A DNA stretch of 64,000 nucleotides from the human T2T-CHM13v2.0 reference genome, Homo sapiens: NCBI RefSeq assembly GCF_009914755.1, contig NC_060947.1; one strand, 5' to 3'. The notes below the pieces were generated by a model. It saw nothing but the letters and a program-made list of their open reading frames with translations. It was not told the DNA's origin and searched no databases. The translations under genes were made by a program, and so were the position numbers. Numbering within the stretch: position 1 is the first letter of the stretch; every line of letters starts with the position of its first letter. Below are positions 47,205-64,000 of this stretch, in pieces.

Positions 47205-47807
47205 TCAGGATCATCCAACTGATTAATGCTGGTGGTTGGATTCATGTTTCTGGCCTCCAATCTTATACTATTTGTCTTCCAATAATTTTTTCATAGGTCT
47301 AGAGAAAATGAGCCATCAAATAAAACCTAGGGAAATCAAGTCTTACATTTAAAAAGATTCAATGATACATCATTTTTTCCCACCAGTGGACAATTTAAAT
47401 ATATTTAAATAGCATGCTACACAAGGAAAGGGCAATGAGAGGAATTGAAGTGCAGAATAGTTCAACTGCTATGCCATATGTTTGGGGTTGTTTTTAACTT
47501 TTACTGGTTGCTTTATTTTTGTTATCAATGCTGGAAAGACTGCTGAACATTTTGATCTTTTTAATTTTAAGAATATTCAGTTCTTGTTTGCTAGATTCTC
47601 AACCTTACCTCTTAGTCTTGCCTGTGATATCTTAATCATTTCCATGGCAAGAAATTGTGACCTCAGACAGGGACTAGAAAGATAGAAAACATGGATTAAC
47701 TGCCATCACAGGAATCATATCCCCACAGCAATGCAGGCTAGTCTTGGGGCACTTATGGTCAAGTCCAACCAGTGATTATTCCAATTCAAACTAAGTGCTC
47801 TTTAGAG

Positions 47808-47975
47808 CAGCATTTCTCAAACTTTAACACATATTCTAGTCACCTTGGGAATCTTATTAAAGTGTGAAAAATGATTTAGTAGTTCTGGGGTGAGACCCAA
47901 GATTCTGCATTTCTAACAACCTTTCTGGTAGTGCCAATGCCATTTGTTCACAGATCACATTCTGAGGAGCCAGGT
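47808..47975. mobile_element. MER5A-like MITE
   Basis: CAGCATTTCTCAAACTTT..GAGACCCAAGATTCTGCATTTCTAACAA..CACATTCTGAG. Confidence 0.75.
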
Positions 47976-48236
47976 GCACGAACCATCATCATGTCCAAGC
48001 AGTATATGCAAATGAGCACATTTACGGTCTTGGGGGAAGTGCCATTTGGACAACAACCCTGATGAGCATGCCAGCTGTGATATTAACTATCTGTGTGACC
48101 TTGGGAAAACATCTTTACCTCTCTGGGTCTCTGTTTTCTTATTTGCAAAATTATGAATTTGGCCTGGATAATCACCTGAGATCACTTTGGGTTTTCAAAT
48201 TCTTTGACTCTCTGATGGAAAAAAGATACTTTAGAA

Positions 48237-48460
48237 CAGGGATGTCTAATCTTTTGGCTTCCATGGGCCACATTGGAAGAAGAAGAATTGTCTTGGGCCA
48301 CACATAAAATACACTAACACTAATGATACGTAATGAGCTTAAAAAAACAATCACAAAAAATCTCATAATGTTTTAAGAAAGTTTACAAATTTGTGTTGGG
48401 CTGCATTCAAAGCCATCCTGGGCTGCATGTGGCCCACCAGCCACAGGTTGACCAAGCTTG
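48237..48460 (+). mobile_element. MER30 hAT-Charlie MITE
   Basis: CAGGGATGTCTAATCTTTTGGCTTCC...GGTTGACCAAGCTTG; perfect 8-bp TSD CTTTAGAA (48229-48236 / 48461-48468). Confidence 0.92.
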
Positions 48461-48584
48461 CTTTAGAACAAAGGTTTAGTCAGAGGGCAAATTGCCCTTA
48501 TATTACAAGGAAAAGGAGGGAGGAGAGAAAGGTACTGTGACTGTTGTATATATCTTCTTAATCCCAAGTCCTTTATGTGTTCTA

Positions 48585-48611
48585 AGGTAACTTATTTCTT
48601 CCAAATTGCAG
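48585..48611 (+). promoter_or_regulatory. Candidate 3' splice acceptor for the RTL4 coding exon
   Basis: TAACTTATTTCTTCCAAATTGCAG|ACC. Alternative acceptor-like sites exist at TCTTCTTCACAG (48715) and CTGATTCCAG (48831). Confidence 0.45.
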
Positions 48612-48720
48612 ACCATTGGCCTTTTCCATGAAGAAGAGGCAACATTGAGTGGCGGACAACACTTTTTGGCATCTCTCCAATTCAGCTGTTAGCATCTCCT
48701 AGTGTCTTCTTCACAGCTAA

Positions 48721-51835
<3,115 letters not shown>

Positions 51836-53460
51836 CCTCTCAGAAAATATAACCAATCCAGGGCTATGAACTTCAGTTCACCCTCCACTTCTGGGGGTCC
51901 CTTGTTGAGGTGCTCCAAATCAAAGACCTCTTGTACACTGTGCAATACAATCCAGCAGCCAGACTGAGCATATGAATGGGATGCTGGAATAATGCTTTAC
52001 TGCCTACTAGCTAGCAAGCATTTTACCAATTCAAAATTTTTGTTATAGTGACACCATCCATTATATGCCATCCACTTCAACTAGAATGACTCATGATTTA
52101 GCATAAAGAGAGTTACAAGGGTGTGTCCTAAGAAATCATAGCTATGTGAATTTCTCTGAGAGTGAAACTACTTAGAATCTACAGAGAACAGATGAGATAT
52201 AACCTACTCAAAGATGGAATCAGCAACTGCAAAGGCTTGGGGAACCACCAGATTCAAACAAGGTTGTAGCTTTAAGGAAGCAGATCTGCTACATATTGAT
52301 GCCCCAAGCAAGATAGAATCTAATCATTTAATGATAAGTCTGAAGAATAATTTGTCAACAAGAAAATAGTATTCATGGAGCACAGAAAAGCAAGAAGTTA
52401 AACAGAACGTTGGTAATCCCCCTAGATTCAGAGGTGAGTTGTTGACCAGCAGACTGTTTGGCGTGTCCACCCCTGCAATGGCCATCCCAATTTGTGTCAG
52501 CCATCTGGTCACCTAACTCCATTGCTCTGATTCCATGCTCTCAAAGTAACTTGATTGTAATTAGTTTCCCTTATAAACTTTGTTAGGGAGAGAAAATTTG
52601 CTAACCAGCTGACATGCGTGTTCTAGCCTATTTCAGAGTTAATTCTTATTATAATTGAATAAATTGGTGTTTGGCTTATACATCAGTTTTTGTGGGTTTA
52701 AATAGTACCAGTCCTCCTGATTCTAATTACCTCTGAGTACACTGAAAAAAATAAGATTCTCACTCTGCAAAGTCAGCACCATAGTGTGAATCATAGCGAG
52801 TCTACTGAACATTGGCCTCCTTGGGAACTTCGCCTCAACGGTCAGCCAGTTTCCCTTATCTCCCTCATTTGTCTACAGCTGTAATAAAATTTCTAAATAC
52901 CTACGGTTTTCACTTTCTGCATTTACCTTCACTTGCATGCAGAAGCATGGTACCTGCCATAAGCAATTGCCTTTTACAGTATTTCAGAGTTCATTCTACC
53001 TGTCAGAATAATCTGGCATGGATGAAACATAACACATGACTGTAGATATGAGCCACTGAAATGCACCGTTAGACAGGGAGAACTGCATGATTGGCCTCAT
53101 TCTCATCACCTCCATTCTGTCCAGATGACAACGCACAAGACCCATACTGTCACTGTCCTTATTTTATCCAGGATGACACAACAAACATCACCTTTTTTTT
53201 GAATTCTAGAAGATAATCTCTAGAATAATCTCTAGAATGATGATTGTCACACCTTCTTGCCTATGACCACGATAGTCATCTCTGAAGCAAAATAAATAAT
53301 TTAGGATACACATAATTTCTACCACCATCTGGGCAAAAGCTAACATCTCATGCCCTTAAAAGGGCTCTGGGTGCTTGTTTCATATCCGTAAAGCCCTGTC
53401 ACATTGGTATCACATCGGTGGCCATTTCATTGCCTCCCTATGATGGCCCAAACTTCATTT

Positions 53461-53644
53461 GGGTTGTGGGGTGGGGGGAGGGGGGAGGGATAGCATTAGG
53501 TTATAGCATTTAACATAACTAATGTTAAAAGACGAGTTAATGGGTGCAGCACACCAACATGGCACATGTATACATATGTAACTAACCTGCACGTTGTGCA
53601 CATGCACCCTAAAACTTAAAGTATAATGAAAAAAAAAAGAAAAA
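53461..53644 (+). mobile_element. Short 5'-truncated L1PA (PA4-like) 3' end
   Basis: GGGGTGGGGGGAGGGGGGAGGGATAGCATTAGG..GACGAGTTAATGGGTGCAGCACACCAACATGGCAC..AAACTTAAAGTATAAT plus A tail. Confidence 0.92.
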
Positions 53645-55914
53645 TCTTCGAGAGAATTTAGTGTCATGGATCTTCAGTGTCATCTTGCGGCAAGAGTCAC
53701 TGACCACATTTCAAAAACAAGAGTCCCAGAAGTGAGTTACACCATTTAGTAGAGTCAGGAGAACTATCTTGGTCAACTTGTCTTAGCACCCAGACCACAC
53801 TGTCCCGTCATTTATAGCCACTATGGTTTTGAGCATTCATGCTTATTGGTATAACTTCCTGTTATCAGCTGTGATTCTTAGATCTGTTTGGACTTGCTTC
53901 CTGCTCATTGATTTCTAGCATTTACTCTACATGGCCCTGGTTCTCTTATCTAGCCAGTTCAGTGATAAGTCAGTTGTGACTGTATTCCAAAAACCCCATT
54001 TGCTTCACAGTAACCCAGTGAAGGACTATGTAGAATTTCAGCCTTCCCTATACATAGAAGACTCATCCCTTTACACATAAAATGTGGGTTGGGGACATCT
54101 AGGGAAAGGAAACTAATAGTTGGTGAATGCCTACTTTATGCCAGGCACTGTGCTGAAAGCTTTATTAATAATGAGTATTTAAATATCATATCACTGAAAG
54201 ATGGAATATCCATTTCTGGCATTTAATGCTCACCACACCTTTATGAGATAAGTGTTATAAATTCAATTTAAAGATGATGAAACTAAGGTTTAGAACAGTT
54301 TGGCAACCTTCCCAAATTCATCAAGCAGTAAGTGGTTGAACTAGAATTTTAAAGCATATCTTTTTGATGCCAGAGCATTGTGATCTCAGAAGAGGGAAAC
54401 TCTAACTCACACCCCTCCTGATTACCATAACTTACTCAATTACACATCCCATAACCACTTCATGAAGACAGGCTACTCTAGTAACTGGTATTCACATAGC
54501 CACTGATTGAAACTCTTGTTCTAAACAACAGCCTACAAAGGAAGCATGAAACAAATCAATGCCTTCTAGGAATTTGTAATTTCATTTGTGTTTCTAATGA
54601 GTTGGAGAAAATTCCTTGAAATCCCTAAAAATACACTGAATCTACATTATCTGATTGGGTAGGCTCTTGCTTTTTGAGGCAGGATTTTAACAAAGGTTTC
54701 TGACTAACATAAAGGCTTTATATTTCAGTAGCTCTTCATACAAAGCCATTGAGTCTTTTTGAAAAACGATGTTTATAGTGGCTGCAGGAATGCCAGGAGA
54801 CAATTTCAATGTCTTCTGATTACTGTTATCTGCTATGGTCATTAGAAAATCAATATTAAAATAGGAGTTTGGTTAATTCAGAGAGCAGTTAGCCATTTAA
54901 ATTTGAGAACTCCCTTCATGGTGTCAACCTCAGGGAATATCCAGTCTAACAATCTGACTCTGAAGAGAATTTATGAGAAGATAGCCTTGTTCTCTTTGAC
55001 ATTAACCACGAGTTTGGGAACGACTATCAAACATCATTTTTCCCTTAATTGCCTATGATAATTCTATCATCCATGACTTTTTTATTAAATCTACTTGTTT
55101 TCAGCCTGTAACGTCTCATGGGGCAATGGAGACCACATGTTTAATACCTGCCATTTAAATCAGACTTCCCTTTACATGCATTAACTTCACCTATGTATAA
55201 TGTAAAGGCATCCCCCATTCCATTCAATTATTCCAGGATATGAAGGAGTCTGTGTTAATGCTGTCACCTTATACTTGGTTTTAGAGGCATTAAATAATAA
55301 GTTACTGAGCATTTATTATATGCCAAGCATAAGAGCGGTGGAATTATGTGCATAATTTCCACAATAGCCTCATGAGAAATGCACTATCAGTATTCTCATT
55401 TTACAGGTGAAAACAAGTAAACTCACAGAGTTTAAGTAACATGTCCAAGGTCACTAGCTAATAGGTCATAGAGCCAGGATTCATATTTGGGTCTCTCTAA
55501 CAGAAAAAGCCGTGTTCTTCACTACTATACTACCTGTCCTTCCCAGGTTAGTGTACTAGGCTGAAACGTCCTCATCTTTTTGGTGTATGCTCATGTATTC
55601 ACCCATTTAGACCAGTAAACATCCATCATGCCCTTTCCAAACTTTCACCCGCTCTGCTGTTTTTAGCAGAGGACAATCATTACAAATGTACCCAGCATTC
55701 CAGATGTGGGCACTAAATACATTTGAACAAGATACAATTTACTTTTTTATTACTATTGCTTCCTAAAAATGATTCCAAAAACTTCTTGGCCTTTCTGGGT
55801 TTTGTCCATACCTTGAGAAAAAAAGTCATTGTAGATTCTTCCTTGAGAGCCACAAGTCTCTTCACTGAGTTGAAATTGATGACACAAAGCATATTACTTT
55901 AAAAATGTAGTTGG

Positions 55915-62095
<6,181 letters not shown>

Positions 62096-62498
62096 AAAGA
62101 TGTAGTTGGAATATGATGTAATAAATTCATATTTTAAACCTGACATGGAAGTTTTTTTCTTCCTTCTTAGTGCTCTCACAAGATTTTCCTATAGTTTTCC
62201 CACACTGGCTTGCTTAATAATAATTATAATAATAAGTAGCAACTACTATTTATTGACCATTCATTACATGTTGGGCATTGTATCCTTGGATTTATGGTTA
62301 CTTTCTCTTTAAATTCTCACTACCTTCTTAGATAGATGCTATTATTATACCTATTAAGCTGATGAGAAAATTGAGTCTTAGAGTAGTTAAGGAAATTGCC
62401 CATGGACACAGAGTTAGTACTAGAGGCAGGACTCAAATGCATATACATCTATCACCAGAGACCATACTCCTACATAGTACCTTACTATCTATCTACAA

Positions 62499-62690
62499 CA
62501 GGAGTCAACAAACTATCATCTATGGGCAAAATCTAGCCTACTGCCTATTTTTATAAATAAAATTTTATAGCAACACAGCCACACCCATTTGTTTATATAT
62601 TGTCTATAGCTGCTTTCATACTATGACATTATATGCCCACAAAGCCAAAAAATTTGCTATCTGGTTCTTTACAACTTTCCTGACCTTGAG
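62499..62690 (+). mobile_element. MER58-like hAT MITE
   Basis: CAGGAGTCAACAAACTAT..AAATAAAATTTTATAGCAACACAGCCACACCCATTTGTTTATATATTGTCTAT. Confidence 0.75.
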
Positions 62691-62954
62691 TCTATAATAT
62701 ATTAAAGTATTAAATCAAACCTGGGACATCTGACTGTCTAGATTTCCTGTTTCAAATGGCCCATTTGTCCCTAGTTTTTGTTTCCTGCTTCTAAATTAGT
62801 TCTATCTATATGATGAATTGATGGGATCAAATAGTCTTGGTTTAGAGACTTATCCAGAACATTTTTCATAGATTAGATAAATGTTTCTCTGGCGCTATTT
62901 ATCAATACCCATACTTTCTGCATCAAACAACTCTAATAGATTGGCCAGGTATGG

Positions 62955-63468
62955 TTGTGGGAGACATTTGCTGTTTGCTTCCTCACCAAGCATTCTACTT
63001 TTGGCAATGGTTTCTAATTTTCATGTGGAAATCTAACTTTTTTCCCACTTTAGTCCACCTTCCTGGGTGACATTCCACCTCCAGACCTGGTACCCAGGCA
63101 TAAATAAATCATCATATGGGTTTTGCCTGGCCACTGCGACTATTCCAAGAGTGAAATGAATTTTATGACTTTTTGGGAGAGGGCTCTGATTTTTTATTTA
63201 TTGGAATGGGATATAGGAGTAGCTCTGATTGCTGATGACAGTCATCTTTCGATTAGGAGAGGAGACCCCATTTGATTAGAGTGGAGACATCCTGAGAAAA
63301 CAGAACTGATGGGTAGGGAGAAAGAAATCAAATCCTGATGATGGTTTCGTGAATCACTGAATCCAGGTGCACCTGAAGGTGTTTAGCCATGTGTGCTAAT
63401 GAAAATTTTTTTATAAAAGGAATCTTTGTAGGGTTTTCTCTCTTTTGCAACCAAAGAGTCTGATACAT
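62955..63468 (+). mobile_element. LTR16-like ERVL LTR
   Basis: TGTGGGAGACATTTGCTG start; AATCCTGATGATGG..GAATCACTGAATCCAG; TTTTGCAACCAAAGAGTCTGATACA end. Confidence 0.5.
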
Positions 63469-64000
63469 TGATTTTCGCTATCAAAACTACAATATTTTTA
63501 GCCGAATTGCTTGTAGCAACTTGAGTAGTGACAGCAAAAAGTTGTTGGATCCTAGTAACAGAAACAAAGTTCCCACATTGTAGTAGTGGTATTAGGCAAA
63601 AACTGTCAGTATTATGCACTCTGCCCCACTTTTAATCCTTTAATACAGAAATTCTCAGCTTTACTGCCAGGAGAAGCTTTTCAGAGTCTTCTGGATTCAT
63701 GAGTTTTTGTTTGGCCCACTGGGGATACAAGCTGACCCTGTGTAGGCCAATCACCCTCCAAAAGGATTACAGGCTTCTGCTCCAAAGTCCTGTCATTACT
63801 TAATAAACAAATGTAAGATGGCTGCATAGGGTTTGTGGGGCAAGTTGTGGCCCAGGATCTTTCTCATGATCAACACCTGAACCTTTGCCAAGTACATGGC
63901 AAGATAGCAAGATATAGTGGTTAAGGGTGGGGAACTCTGCAGTCAGACTGCCTTCGTTCAAATGCTGGCTCTACCTCTCACTTACCACATAACCATTTGC

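Noticed and set aside
53213-53238. Small tandem duplication ATAATCTCTAGA
   Set aside because: Ordinary slippage duplication with two copies; no array or spacer structure.

Overview
Primate (very probably human) genomic DNA, AT-rich, CpG-depleted and very LINE-1-rich. The only supportable protein-coding gene is the uninterrupted 310-aa ORF at 48841-49773 (+). I recognise it as RTL4 (ZCCHC16/SIRH11/MART4), an X-linked domesticated Ty3/gypsy (sushi-ichi-like) gag gene with a CCHC zinc knuckle. The rest is mostly interspersed repeats: three near-full-length L1s of different ages, truncated L1s, ten Alus, MaLR LTRs, hAT MITEs and MIRs, many with readable target-site duplications (TSDs). There are two main observations. 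(1) The ~2.1 kb after the RTL4 stop codon still carries a collinear, heavily decayed pol fossil: a slippery-site relic, a protease motif in the -1 frame, RNase H, and the integrase zinc-finger, core and GPY/F modules. (2) An old L1 contains a ~0.7-kb inversion bracketed by a perfect 17-bp inverted duplication, with a tiny L1PA tail at one junction. I see no evidence for a wholly new biological system. Repeat subfamily calls and motif alignments are by eye, against consensus sequences recalled from memory.
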